This document shows positions 41,115-50,845 of a stretch of DNA of 64,000 nucleotides, in pieces. This stretch comes from an uncultured Lachnospiraceae bacterium. Lineage in GTDB: Bacteria > Bacillota > Clostridia > Lachnospirales > Lachnospiraceae. Below the pieces are notes generated by a model that was not told the DNA's origin, did no database searches, and saw only the letters and a program-made list of their open reading frames with translations. Each line of letters opens with the position of its first letter. The first letter of the stretch is position 1. The DNA lies in assembly GCA_910578605.1 (NCBI GenBank), contig CAJTQG010000007.1, positions 1,577 through 65,576 on the forward strand. Direction: 5' to 3'. The position numbers were made by a program, and so were the translations under genes.

Positions 41115-41972
41115 ATGGAAAAATGGGACTTGTATACAAAATATAGAGAAAAGACAGGAAAAGAACAGATTCGGGGAGAAAAGATTCCAAACGGTTTCTA
41201 CCATTTGGTAGTGCATGTATGGATACGAAATTGCAAAGGGGAATATCTCATTTCCCAACGTTCAGTTAGCAGACCAACATTTCCGCTTATGTGGGAGTGC
41301 GTTGGAGGTTCTGTTTTGATGGGAGAAAGCAGTATTGATGGAGCACTTAGAGAAGTAAATGAAGAAGTGGGACTGGATTTACAACCCGAAGCCGGAAAAC
41401 TTCTTTTTACTAAAATCCGAGGCACTGATATTAAATATGAATGCAAAGAATTTAATGATATTATGGATGTATGGCTTTTTGAATACGATGGAGACCTGCA
41501 TTTGGAAGATGCAACAACGGATGAAGTTGCTGACTGTAAATGGATGACAGTTTCTGAGATTAGAAAGTTATATGAAAACAAGAAGCTTGTGCAGACATTG
41601 GACTATTTTTTCTGTGTTATGGAAGCAGATGAACCGGATTACAGCTATATTATTGGGAAAATGGTAGACGGAACTGTTGACAGACCATTAGGCACCGCTC
41701 ATCCTCGTCATTCAGAGATGATTTATCCAATCAATTATGGATATGTAAATAATGTACTTGCTGGTGATGGAGCAGAACAAGATGTTTATATATTTGGAAA
41801 AAATAAACCGCTGAAGAGTTTTCGTGGCAAAGTAGTCGCAGTATGGCATCGTTTTGACGATGTGGAGGATAAGTGGATTGTGTCTTTGAATGGAGAAGAT
41901 ATTGCAGAAGAGAAAATATTAGGTGACATTTCATTTCAAGAGCAGTTTTTCTATGGGAAATTGTATAAATAA
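41115..41972 (+). CDS. NUDIX hydrolase fusion protein
   Basis: Nudix box GGSVLMGESSIDGALREVNEEVG, with an unassigned ~130 aa C-terminal domain. Confidence 0.65.
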   Translation: MEKWDLYTKYREKTGKEQIRGEKIPNGFYHLVVHVWIRNCKGEYLISQRSVSRPTFPLMWECVGGSVLMGESSIDGALREVNEEVGLDLQPEAGKLLFTKIRGTDIKYECKEFNDIMDVWLFEYDGDLHLEDATTDEVADCKWMTVSEIRKLYENKKLVQTLDYFFCVMEADEPDYSYIIGKMVDGTVDRPLGTAHPRHSEMIYPINYGYVNNVLAGDGAEQDVYIFGKNKPLKSFRGKVVAVWHRFDDVEDKWIVSLNGEDIAEEKILGDISFQEQFFYGKLYK

Positions 41973-42009
41973 TATTAAATTGCAATTGGTATTTATGGAA
42001 TAGGAGAGG

Positions 42010-42453
42010 ATGCCCCGTATGGTTAGAGAAATAGAAAAAAATGATTTAGAAGGTTTATTAAGATTGTATATGCAGCTACATAATAATCCCCTGCCGGAAA
42101 AGACCGCAGAAATATTGCAGATTTGGGATACCATTTTTCAGGATGAAAACCATCATGTGATTGTTGCAGAGGAAAATGGAAAAATCGTATCTTCCTGTGT
42201 CTGTGTTATTATTCCTAACCTGACGCACAACCAGCAACCCTATGCTTTTATTGAAAATGTGATAACGGATGAAAAGTTTAGAAAAAGAGGACTGGCAACG
42301 CAATGCTTAGACTATGCAAAAGAGATTGCCATAAAAGAAAACTGCTATAAAATGATGTTGCTCACAGGTTCTAAGAAAAAAAGTACATTGGATTTTTACA
42401 GAAAGGCAGGGTACAACAGTGACGATAAAACAGCATTTATTCAATGGATATAA
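42010..42453 (+). CDS. GNAT family N-acetyltransferase
   Basis: 147 aa with the GNAT fold motif (RKRGLATQCLDYA). Confidence 0.7.
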   Translation: MPRMVREIEKNDLEGLLRLYMQLHNNPLPEKTAEILQIWDTIFQDENHHVIVAEENGKIVSSCVCVIIPNLTHNQQPYAFIENVITDEKFRKRGLATQCLDYAKEIAIKENCYKMMLLTGSKKKSTLDFYRKAGYNSDDKTAFIQWI

Positions 42454-42820
42454 CGTGGCAAAGGAAACGCGTGACTTGTATTTTGAAATTCAAAACCTAA
42501 ATCGGGCAACAATAAAGTATGCTGCTGATATAATTAAAGTCGGGATGAATCTATCGGATATTAATACATTGTGTGAAAATTATTTGTTGGAACATGGTGC
42601 AGATTCATTTTGGTATTGGGATGTTGGTGTGTTTGTTTTTGCGGGAGATGAAACTGCTGTTTCCATATCAGGCAAAGATTATAAAGTATTGGAAGAACAG
42701 ACTACAAAAATTTTTCTTACCATAGTTCAAGTCTATCTTCTGAGTCAATCCGCAGGATATACCCGTCAAAGGTGGTTATATCAACACTGTTGTGGTACAT
42801 ATCGTATTCTGCATATATGA
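42419..42820 (+). CDS. hypothetical protein, possibly a truncated fragment
   Basis: The ORF overlaps the previous gene and ends at the repeat-rich element boundary; no confident motif. Confidence 0.2.
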   Translation: MTIKQHLFNGYNVAKETRDLYFEIQNLNRATIKYAADIIKVGMNLSDINTLCENYLLEHGADSFWYWDVGVFVFAGDETAVSISGKDYKVLEEQTTKIFLTIVQVYLLSQSAGYTRQRWLYQHCCGTYRILHI

Positions 42821-42949
42821 ATCTCATATCCTATCTGTCCTTTCTTAGTTAATTATATTTTGGAGCAATTTTAGAAAGCATTTCAATTAGTTCTTCCTGT
42901 CCTGTTCATTTCATGTTATAATTTGTTACAGGTTTTTCTTTCCCTTATT

Positions 42950-43110
42950 TTTGCCCTTATGAGGGTTCGTAACATGAGGGAAAAGGATATAACACAAGGG
43001 AAAGCATAAGGGCAAACTCACTTGCTATAAATTTAGCGTTTTCAAGGGATTTTGACCGTTTAATGCTCAAGCCTTACGTTTTGCCCTTACGAGCAGAAAC
43101 AAGGGCAAAT
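42950..43110. repeat. arm-like short inverted/direct repeats (TTTGCCCTTATG / CATAAGGGCAAA) adjacent to integrase fragment
   Basis: tttttgcccttatgag…cataagggcaaa…ttttgcccttacgag…aagggcaaa. A related block lies at 46010-46130. Confidence 0.4.
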
Positions 43111-43112
43111 AT

Positions 43113-43190
43113 TTTACTGCCCGACTACCATATCCAGAAGTTTAGCGGATTTTTTCTTCACCTCCCTTGTGGCGTGGGCATAGACATTCA
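43113..43190 (-). pseudogene. tyrosine integrase C-terminal fragment (second copy)
   Basis: MNVYAHATREVKKKSAKLLDMVVGQ*, homologous to the fragment at 40729-40875. Confidence 0.5.
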
Positions 43191-43232
43191 TCGATAGACA
43201 TAGAAAAACCGCCGTTATAGTGTTATCCATAA
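43190..43232 (-). terminator. intrinsic terminator after ABC permease gene
   Basis: Minus strand: GCCGCCGTTATggataacactATAACGGCGG followed by TTTTTCT. Confidence 0.5.
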
Positions 43233-43254
43233 CGGCGGCATACATTTCCCCCTG

Positions 43255-44403
43255 TTACTCAATCATAATTTCCTTGATAGAAATCTTCTTAATTTTTTCG
43301 GAATATACATACATCAGAATTTCATAAATCGTGATAAAACAAACAAGAGAAATAAGCATAACAGGAAAGTCAAATTTATATGTAGGTACACCCTCAACAT
43401 CCTTAAATACAATATCCACCATAAGCCTCAACAATCCATACTGATATACTGTCCCAATTATAAAACCAATATAGGACATCGGTCTGTATCCTCCTAAAAT
43501 TGCCCTGCAACATTCTTTCTGCGAATAGCCGAATACCCTCATCATAGCAATAGTTTTTGTATTTCCGTTTATTACTGTAGTTATAGCAAGAAACAGAGTT
43601 GTAAACGCTAATACAAGTCCAATGACCAGCATCATCACACCCATCATTTCACTTGATAAATCTTTCATACTAAACGACATTTGTGTCATAGCTGAAAAGC
43701 AAAACGAAGCAAAAATAATGAAAAATACAAGTGCCTTTTTAGATTTCAAGGTATTCCTTTTCAAATCCTCTACAAACGACAATTCTCTGTTTTTTTCGAT
43801 TCTGTGATTTGGTGTTTTAGAAGCAGTTTGTGGATTATCTTTCAAAAGCAACAACACAGGCTTTTTTAATTTGTACCAAGCGTAATAAACCGAAAGTGCC
43901 GAAAAATACACAGTCGGCAATACCACGAAATAAAATAAAATGATTGGATGAAAATTTATAGTTATCTCAGGAAGCATTTTATCTTCATTTTGTAGAGCGT
44001 AAAACCATGGCATTATAATAAATGCTCCTCCATATCCGATTGCAGTTCCGATAAAAGTACTAATTCCAAATACCCAAAAGCTTTTTGCAATTTTGATATT
44101 TGAATATCCCAATGCCTTTAATATCCCAAGTTCCTTCTTATGTGTGTCAATATAATGCTTAATATAAAACAACAACATAACAACCGCAGTTAAAAGCAAG
44201 CATCCGCCACTTACAAGACAAACGACTTTTGCGGTAGAAACCTGAGCATTATAAAAAAACATTGATAATTCAGATGTTATTTCACTCTCAATTAACCGAA
44301 CATCAAAATAAAAGTTCAGAAACATTGTACAAACAAGCACAGCACAACAGGCGATAATGGAAATGCCGATGAGTTTTGAAACATTTTTTATTCCAACGAG
44401 CAT
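43255..44403 (-). CDS. ABC transporter permease (FtsX-like)
   Basis: 382 aa polytopic protein with FtsX-type helices; downstream of the MacB/LolD-like ATPase. Confidence 0.7.
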   Translation of the reverse strand: MLVGIKNVSKLIGISIIACCAVLVCTMFLNFYFDVRLIESEITSELSMFFYNAQVSTAKVVCLVSGGCLLLTAVVMLLFYIKHYIDTHKKELGILKALGYSNIKIAKSFWVFGISTFIGTAIGYGGAFIIMPWFYALQNEDKMLPEITINFHPIILFYFVVLPTVYFSALSVYYAWYKLKKPVLLLLKDNPQTASKTPNHRIEKNRELSFVEDLKRNTLKSKKALVFFIIFASFCFSAMTQMSFSMKDLSSEMMGVMMLVIGLVLAFTTLFLAITTVINGNTKTIAMMRVFGYSQKECCRAILGGYRPMSYIGFIIGTVYQYGLLRLMVDIVFKDVEGVPTYKFDFPVMLISLVCFITIYEILMYVYSEKIKKISIKEIMIE

Positions 44404-44407
44404 ACCA

Positions 44408-45100
44408 TCACCACCCTATCTCATAAGCGGTCTTTTGTGCTTCATTTGTATAAATTTCAAATATTTTTCCACTATTCATTTTTATAACTGTGTTTGCCAT
44501 TTCCGCAATATTCAAATTGTGCGTTACCATTACGATTGTAAAATCATATTCCTTATGAAGTTTATAGATATAATCAAGAACCTGTCGTCCTGTTTGTTCG
44601 TCTAATGCTCCTGTCGGTTCATCAAGAAATAATACTCTCGGTCTTTTTGCCAAAGCTCTTGCAATAGATACTCTTTGCTGTTCGCCACCCGAAAGTTCGC
44701 TGGGATATTTATGTAGTTTTTCTCCGAGTCCCACCGCTTCAATGACAGTTTTATAATCTTTATTATTTGCTAAATCAGCACCCATTTTCACATTTTTATC
44801 AACGCTCATATTGGGCAGCAAATAATACTGCTGAAAAATAAATCCGACATTTTCCTTACGAAATGAAGTTACTTCATTATCAGAAAGTGCTGTAATATCC
44901 TTTCCGTCATAAAACACTTTACCGCTGTCAGGGCGTTCAAGACCTGAAATTACATTCAAAAAGGTTGACTTGCCAGAACCCGACGCGCCGAGAATAACCA
45001 CAAAATCATTATCCTCAATATCAAGACTGATGTCCTTTAATACTTGAAATCGGCTTTCTCCGTTTCCGTATGATTTTATTATATTTCTCGCTTTAATCAT
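44408..45100 (-). CDS. ABC transporter ATP-binding protein (MacB/LolD-like)
   Basis: Walker A GASGSGKST, an LSGGEQQRV signature, and Walker B LFLDEPTGALD. Confidence 0.85.
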   Translation of the reverse strand: MIKARNIIKSYGNGESRFQVLKDISLDIEDNDFVVILGASGSGKSTFLNVISGLERPDSGKVFYDGKDITALSDNEVTSFRKENVGFIFQQYYLLPNMSVDKNVKMGADLANNKDYKTVIEAVGLGEKLHKYPSELSGGEQQRVSIARALAKRPRVLFLDEPTGALDEQTGRQVLDYIYKLHKEYDFTIVMVTHNLNIAEMANTVIKMNSGKIFEIYTNEAQKTAYEIGW

Positions 45101-45674
45101 TATTTTCCTCCTCCTTTATCTTTTTCAAAATGCTCATACATACCTCAGTAATCATTGTACTGATTTCTTCGTCTGTAAAGCGGCACATTTTTGTGGCACA
45201 AAGCGATGCAATTCCGTGTGTATATATCCAAAGATGATGATATAATTTTTTCGCAGATGCCTTGCAAATTTTGTAATCATCTTGAATTGACAATAGAATT
45301 TGCTCATAACTTTCATCTATCAGCAAAAGTACACCTGATAAGTCGGGAATTTGTTTTTGCTCCGTCATAAAGAGGAGCTGAAAAAGTTTTGACTCATTAA
45401 CAGAAAAAAGAATATATTGCGTACCTACGCCTTTGAAAGGGTGCGCCGCTGCTAAACCTTTATTGACATATTCTTTATACAAAGTTTTAGCTGCCTCAAT
45501 CATAGCCTGCTGAACTTCTTCCATATTTTTGAATACAGTAAAAATCGGTCTTGCTGAGCTAGCCAGGTATGTTCCCAATGCTCTGGAAGTTAAAGCTTCA
45601 TATCCGTCTGTCCTGACAATATTTAATGCGGCTTCTATAATTTCTGCTTTTGTAAATTTTGCTTTCGGTGGCAT
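45093..45674 (-). CDS. TetR/AcrR family transcriptional regulator
   Basis: N-terminal TetR HTH (FTKAEIIEAALNIVRTDGYEALTSRALGTYL). It overlaps the ATPase start, consistent with an operon. Confidence 0.8.
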   Translation of the reverse strand: MPPKAKFTKAEIIEAALNIVRTDGYEALTSRALGTYLASSARPIFTVFKNMEEVQQAMIEAAKTLYKEYVNKGLAAAHPFKGVGTQYILFSVNESKLFQLLFMTEQKQIPDLSGVLLLIDESYEQILLSIQDDYKICKASAKKLYHHLWIYTHGIASLCATKMCRFTDEEISTMITEVCMSILKKIKEEENND

Positions 45675-46219
45675 ACTCTATTTCTCCTTTTATTAAATCA
45701 CTTGTTTTAAATCACATGATTTAATTATAATCAAAGCCGTCCTAAAAGTCAATAAGGCAGCAGAGAATACTCCCTGCCGCCTTATTGGCTGTTTATACTA
45801 AGATGATGTCCCCATACGTCTATTGGCTGTTCTTTCTCGGCGGGTAAAACAAGACAAGGAGTATAATAATCTCCTTGCAGTTCATACCACAGATTATTTT
45901 TATCATCGTAAATGTACTTGTCCATTTTGAAATCCTCCAGTATAATATATTCGCACATATATCACAGTTCTCCGATTGCCATACTTTGTTATATCTTGTT
46001 ATGAGATTTTCTTGCCCTTGATTTTGCCCTTATGAGCAATCAAAGCAAGAGTAACATTGTGTGAAACCATATAAAGGGATAAGGCGATCACATTGCGATA
46101 AATCCTTTGTTTTCAAGGAATTTGTAGGATTTTATTAAAACTCTATGAGGTGTGATAAGCACCTATAGAATCGTTAGTTTATAATCGGGATTTGCAGAGG
46201 TGTTACAAGGAGATATTTT

Positions 46220-47074
46220 ATGGATATTAAAGAAATTATTGAAAATGAATTTAATTTAATCGTTCACAATATTATTGTTTTAGGGCAGGGTCTTGATAGT
46301 ATTGCCTATCTTGTAAATAATGAATACATATTTAAGCAGTCAAAACATGATATAGCAAGAATTAACTTAAAAAAGGAGATGCGGGTATTAAACTATCTAA
46401 AAAATCAAATCACATTACAAATACCAGATATTGAGTATTATAGCGAAGAATATAGTGTTTGTGGTTATAAAGAGATTAAAGGTAATAAGTTGACTCCCAG
46501 TATTTACAAAAGTTTGAGTGATGATGAAAAAGACATATTAGCACAAGACATTGCGTTGTTTCTAAGAGAAATGCATGCTATCCCTTTACCTAATATAGCT
46601 GGACTAGAATTACATGTAATGGATGATTATAGAAGTGATTATGAGACTTTAAGGGAAACCATCTATGATAAAATATCTGATAAATCAAAAGAATATATAG
46701 ATGATTTATATAAAAGAATACTTAATGATGAACGAATCTCTCAATATGTTAAGGCGCTATGTCATAATGATTTGGGCTGTAATCATATCATAATTCAAAA
46801 TAACAAAGCTGTTGGTATAATTGATTTTGGAGATGTTGCTATTACTGACAGAGATAAGGATTTTGTATATTTACTTGAGGATAGCAGTGAGGAAATTGGC
46901 AGAGAATTTGGAATAAAAGTCTTGGAATATTATAATCATCCAAATAAAGAAATACCAATATTAAAAGCAGATTGGAATGATGAGTATTACCCTATTGAAC
47001 AAATTTTAGGGGGACAAGCAATGAAATTAGATGATATGTATAACAAAGGATTAAATAAAATAATAAACATTTGA
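46220..47074 (+). CDS. aminoglycoside phosphotransferase, APH(2'')-like
   Basis: Catalytic loop CHNDLGCNHIII…GIIDFGD and a C-terminal stretch closely resembling APH(2'') enzymes (YLLEDSSEEIG…YYPIEQI). Confidence 0.8.
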   Translation: MDIKEIIENEFNLIVHNIIVLGQGLDSIAYLVNNEYIFKQSKHDIARINLKKEMRVLNYLKNQITLQIPDIEYYSEEYSVCGYKEIKGNKLTPSIYKSLSDDEKDILAQDIALFLREMHAIPLPNIAGLELHVMDDYRSDYETLRETIYDKISDKSKEYIDDLYKRILNDERISQYVKALCHNDLGCNHIIIQNNKAVGIIDFGDVAITDRDKDFVYLLEDSSEEIGREFGIKVLEYYNHPNKEIPILKADWNDEYYPIEQILGGQAMKLDDMYNKGLNKIINI

Positions 47075-47157
47075 ATTGACGCTTAATACCCAAAACCATT
47101 GATGAGTACCACACATTCCCATTTATTAAATTGGCAGCAATGAGGTTTTACATAGAT

Positions 47158-47577
47158 ATGGATTATAAAATTCGAGAAATTAGAAAAAATGAATATCCAA
47201 TATTATCTGATTTCCTATATGAAATAATTTTTATTCCAAAGGGGATAAATAAGCCGCCAAAATCAATTATAGAACAGCCAAAGTTACAAGTATATATTGA
47301 TGATACAACCCCCTCATTTGCCATATCACTGTATGAAGAATACAGGAATTTGGGCATTGGTACAGCACTTATGGAAGCTATGTTGCAATTTTTAAGAGTG
47401 AAAGGATATAAGCAGACATCTCTATCTGTACAAAAAGCGAATTATTTAGTTCATATGTATAGAAAAGCAGGATTTGAGATGGTTGACGAGAACAAAGAAG
47501 AATACATAACTCTTTTTGGTCATCGTTATATTTTACATTCCATCCTGATGCAATTTCTAATGCGTATTTCTCAGTGA
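47158..47577 (+). CDS. GNAT family acetyltransferase
   Basis: GNAT motif (NLGIGTALMEAML); lies immediately after the APH gene. Confidence 0.6.
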   Translation: MDYKIREIRKNEYPILSDFLYEIIFIPKGINKPPKSIIEQPKLQVYIDDTTPSFAISLYEEYRNLGIGTALMEAMLQFLRVKGYKQTSLSVQKANYLVHMYRKAGFEMVDENKEEYITLFGHRYILHSILMQFLMRISQ

Positions 47578-47724
47578 GAACGGGATAAAAAATAGGCTGT
47601 TCAGATAATCTGGGTGGAAATTTGCTATAATTGCTTTCCTCTATGAGTTTTAATTCTTATGTGCCAATAGGTCTATATAAAATCATTCCGCCATCTCCTC
47701 CATCAATTCAAATTTATAGGATTT

Positions 47725-48396
47725 TCACTGCACTTCCCATTCAAAGTTTTCTTTGCCTGCACCAACTTCAAAATGGTATTTTCCGATACCAAGGTCAATA
47801 CCTGAAAAATGTCCGTCTCCTGCAGAAATAGATACTTTATTACCATTGCCTTTTACAACAAAGGGCTGCTTATTTAACGCTGTAGGTGCATAAAGTAACG
47901 CATTTACGCCATCAACAAACCATTGCGGTGCATTACCGTTATATTCACTGATTTCTGCTGCGGTTTTTGATTTATGGGGAACACCTTGAGTCCCACCGTA
48001 ACCAATCGCAATCACACCGTTTATACGCACATCCTTATTGCTGAGATTTTTTAATGCACCCTTCCTATTAAACATGCCTCCAATCCACCATGTATTAAGT
48101 CCCATCGTTTGAGCATAGAGAATTAAATCCGCACCGCAATAGCCTAATTTTTCGTCAAGTTCGTGAGTATCCATGCCTGCAAGAACAATATAATTGTTTA
48201 CCGTCTTTGAAAGTAATAGTCTTGCCATACCGCTGATACCATCAGAATTATTGACGACTAAGGTAAGGTGAAGATTATATTTTTTATTGTTCTGGACAAT
48301 ACGTTCATTAATCAATTCTACAATATCTGCAGGAATTGCCGTGTTTGTGTATTGTCTTACCATATGCCTTTCTTTGATTGCTTCTTTAATCGTCAT
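47725..48396 (-). CDS. nitroreductase family protein
   Basis: An RBS (GGAGG) favours the start at MTIKEAIKERHMVRQY; nitroreductase-like N-terminus and length (~224 aa). Confidence 0.65.
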   Translation of the reverse strand: MTIKEAIKERHMVRQYTNTAIPADIVELINERIVQNNKKYNLHLTLVVNNSDGISGMARLLLSKTVNNYIVLAGMDTHELDEKLGYCGADLILYAQTMGLNTWWIGGMFNRKGALKNLSNKDVRINGVIAIGYGGTQGVPHKSKTAAEISEYNGNAPQWFVDGVNALLYAPTALNKQPFVVKGNGNKVSISAGDGHFSGIDLGIGKYHFEVGAGKENFEWEVQ

Positions 48397-48555
48397 GTTT
48401 TCCTCCATAAATTTTCGATTTAGTTTCGTATAAAAAACAGGAATTTGATTATCTCTTTTTGTATACAATGATTTCAGACTCAGCACCATTACATCCATAT
48501 TCACATACAAGTAAATAGTTATTATCTGCAACAAGCCCATAGCATCTATCACTAT

Positions 48556-48696
48556 TTATTTTTTTTTACCCCAAACCAACGCATATCTTCTTCTTCCTGT
48601 ATTCCTCCAAACACCGCTAATAATAGATAAACTGCTGAAATATATCCAATTATTATATTTACAAAATAAATAAAAAGACTCTTTAATAATTTCATC
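48556..48696 (-). CDS. small membrane peptide (paralog of 48855-49193, about 46 aa)
   Basis: MKLLKSLFIYFVNIIIGYISAVYLLLAVFGG…; below the ORF-track size cut-off and homologous to the N-terminus of the next small protein. Confidence 0.3.
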   Translation of the reverse strand, partial: DEIIKESFYLFCKYNNWIYFSSLSIISGVWRNTGRRRYALVWGKKK

Positions 48697-48699
48697 TTG

Positions 48700-48790
48700 C
48701 CCTCCCCCTAATTGTACTGTTTAAACAATTTAAAATATTCATAACAAGCTTCCCCATAACTATCTTCTCCATTATATTTTGCCAAACTTA
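48700..48790 (-). pseudogene. 3'-terminal gene fragment (duplicate of the end of 49205-50683)
   Basis: Encodes …KIAKYNGEDSYGEACYEYFKLFKQYN*, matching the last ~25 aa of the neighbouring secreted protein. The upstream frame is broken. Confidence 0.45.
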
Positions 48791-48854
48791 TGCAATTTTC
48801 CTTTTACAATAGACATTCTTACTTTTCATAATCTAATAGTTTAAAACAATACAC

Positions 48855-49193
48855 TTAAATATAATACCAGTATATTACTCCTAAAATAATACATACTGCT
48901 ATTGGTAAATAGCAAAACAATATATTATTCCACATTATCCTGTTTGCTTCAATAATTTTCATATCTTGACTTAACAATTTGCCTAATCCTACATTAATAA
49001 GATATACTAAAAATATCCAAAACATCAACATTACCACTCCAATCCATCGAAGACCTTCTCCCTCTGGATTATAATAATGAGGACCTTTCAATGTATTTTG
49101 TATAACTAATGTGGAAAATAACAAATAACGTGCTGAAATATAACCTATTAATATATTTAAAAAACAAAAAATCAATTTTTTTCCAACTTTCAT
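48855..49193 (-). CDS. small hydrophobic membrane protein
   Basis: 112 aa with three or four predicted TM helices. Confidence 0.4.
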   Translation of the reverse strand: MKVGKKLIFCFLNILIGYISARYLLFSTLVIQNTLKGPHYYNPEGEGLRWIGVVMLMFWIFLVYLINVGLGKLLSQDMKIIEANRIMWNNILFCYLPIAVCIILGVIYWYYI

Positions 49194-49204
49194 TTCTTCT
49201 CCCT

Positions 49205-50683
49205 CTAATTATTATATTGTTTAAAAATTTTGAAATACTCATAGCAATCTTCCCCATAGCTATCTTCTCCATTATACTTTGCCATAATTTTCTTTAAACT
49301 ACTTACTTTAGCTTTATTTATATTTGATATTCCCAGTTTACATGCCTCATATTTAAGCACATATGCAACAAAGCGAACATTATAAATATTATTATCTTTC
49401 AAAGCAAACCACATTTTTCTTCTCGATTTCCAATCCTGATAGTCATATTTTTGTCCGCCTATTATCCTTCTGATATACAGATAGTTATTTGTAAGAATAG
49501 CAGTTTTAGCAAAAATTTGTCCTAGTCCTGTACTGCTATCCTTTCGCATTGGAACAGGCACAGCTGGTGGAGTCATTAATATTTGTTGATGCCAACTTTT
49601 GTTCATATATATTTCTAATTGTGCTTTATACGCATAATAATTTGTAACTGCTCCATCTGCTATATCATCTAACAAGTTTACGCATGCTAATTCTCTAAAT
49701 AAAACTGATTGAACCATCTCTTTTGGCAAATTTAATATTTTCGCAACATTAGTAATAATTGCATCATATTGTAACACTATATCCACACATTTTTTTGTTG
49801 TCCTCTTTGCAAAATTTTTCTTTTTAGGAAATCTTTTAGCAAATTCTTTATCTAATTTACTGATTAACTGTCCTTTTGACAGCCTGTTTTTATTGGTTGC
49901 CTTTAGCATTGGATAAAATTCCAACTCCATGCCTTCCTCTACTTCCTCTATTTTAATACTTTCCTCACTTTCATCTTCTTCTGGTTCATCTATTGCCTCT
50001 TCTTCTATTATCATATCATGTATGGCAATTTGATACAATTTTACCACACTAATAGTCTTTATGCTTTCTAAACTAATTGTACATTGTCCCTTTGTATCAA
50101 TATTTGCATTATAGCCCAAATTTTTTATTGTATATGTATTGTTATCCTTTTGAACAATCTCTCCTCCCTCCAAAATTCTAACAGAATCTTCTGATTCAAA
50201 GTTCATTATCCAATCTTCCAATGTACTTTCCGAGCAATTGGTTATCACTATCTTATTATCACTTATTTTATACTGAAATTCCGACTCAGGCACCTCCTGC
50301 ACTGCCATCACAAAGTTAATTGTCTGTGGAACATCAAAATCTCCCTTTGCAATCAATCCAATCTCTACCGTTTCTCCTGGCATAATATCCTGATTATAAC
50401 CTGCATTTTTTATGCAATATACTCCATCTGCCAATTTTTCTTCCTCAGCGTTCCATATATTGAGTATTTCTGTCTTCATATTCACACAGAATGCCCAATT
50501 CTCAATGGAATATTTTCCTGTATTGGTAATTGACATCTGTATCTGCTGCTTGTCCTCCCAGCAGCTCACCACTACTGCATTGAACTCATAGCACAAACCA
50601 TCCTCCTGATTCTTTCCATATACAATACATGCATTCAATAAAAATAACAATAAAACAACTAACATTCTCGCTTTCTTCTTCAT
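49205..50683 (-). CDS. secreted protein with tandem N-terminal beta-rich repeats and a possible lysozyme-like (SLT-type) C-terminal domain
   Basis: Signal peptide MKKKARMLVVLLLFLLNACIVYG. Two ~100 aa repeats are present (…NTGKYSIENW… / …IKNLGYNANI…). The C-terminal region has ELACVN…DSSTGLGQIFAKTA, reminiscent of the SLT motif. RBS lies before the ATG at 50683. Confidence 0.5.
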   Translation of the reverse strand: MKKKARMLVVLLLFLLNACIVYGKNQEDGLCYEFNAVVVSCWEDKQQIQMSITNTGKYSIENWAFCVNMKTEILNIWNAEEEKLADGVYCIKNAGYNQDIMPGETVEIGLIAKGDFDVPQTINFVMAVQEVPESEFQYKISDNKIVITNCSESTLEDWIMNFESEDSVRILEGGEIVQKDNNTYTIKNLGYNANIDTKGQCTISLESIKTISVVKLYQIAIHDMIIEEEAIDEPEEDESEESIKIEEVEEGMELEFYPMLKATNKNRLSKGQLISKLDKEFAKRFPKKKNFAKRTTKKCVDIVLQYDAIITNVAKILNLPKEMVQSVLFRELACVNLLDDIADGAVTNYYAYKAQLEIYMNKSWHQQILMTPPAVPVPMRKDSSTGLGQIFAKTAILTNNYLYIRRIIGGQKYDYQDWKSRRKMWFALKDNNIYNVRFVAYVLKYEACKLGISNINKAKVSSLKKIMAKYNGEDSYGEDCYEYFKIFKQYNN

Positions 50684-50714
50684 GGCTCTTCTTTCCTTTC
50701 CCTGTTTCTTTGTT

Positions 50715-50830
50715 ATTAGGCATTGCAAAACACATTCAAAAAGTTCATAATTGTGCGAAATTTACAATTTACATCAGATGCGATAGGATTTGTGATTTAG
50801 ATGTTCTTAGTATTCTTTATTGTATAAGGC
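50715..50830. repeat. ~110 bp repeat (copy B) in the 5' UTR/promoter of the secreted protein gene
   Basis: Homologous to 34455-34560, including the AATTGTGCgAAATTTACAATT palindrome and one TIR-like arm. Confidence 0.5.
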
Positions 50831-50845
50831 AAAATTTACTATACA

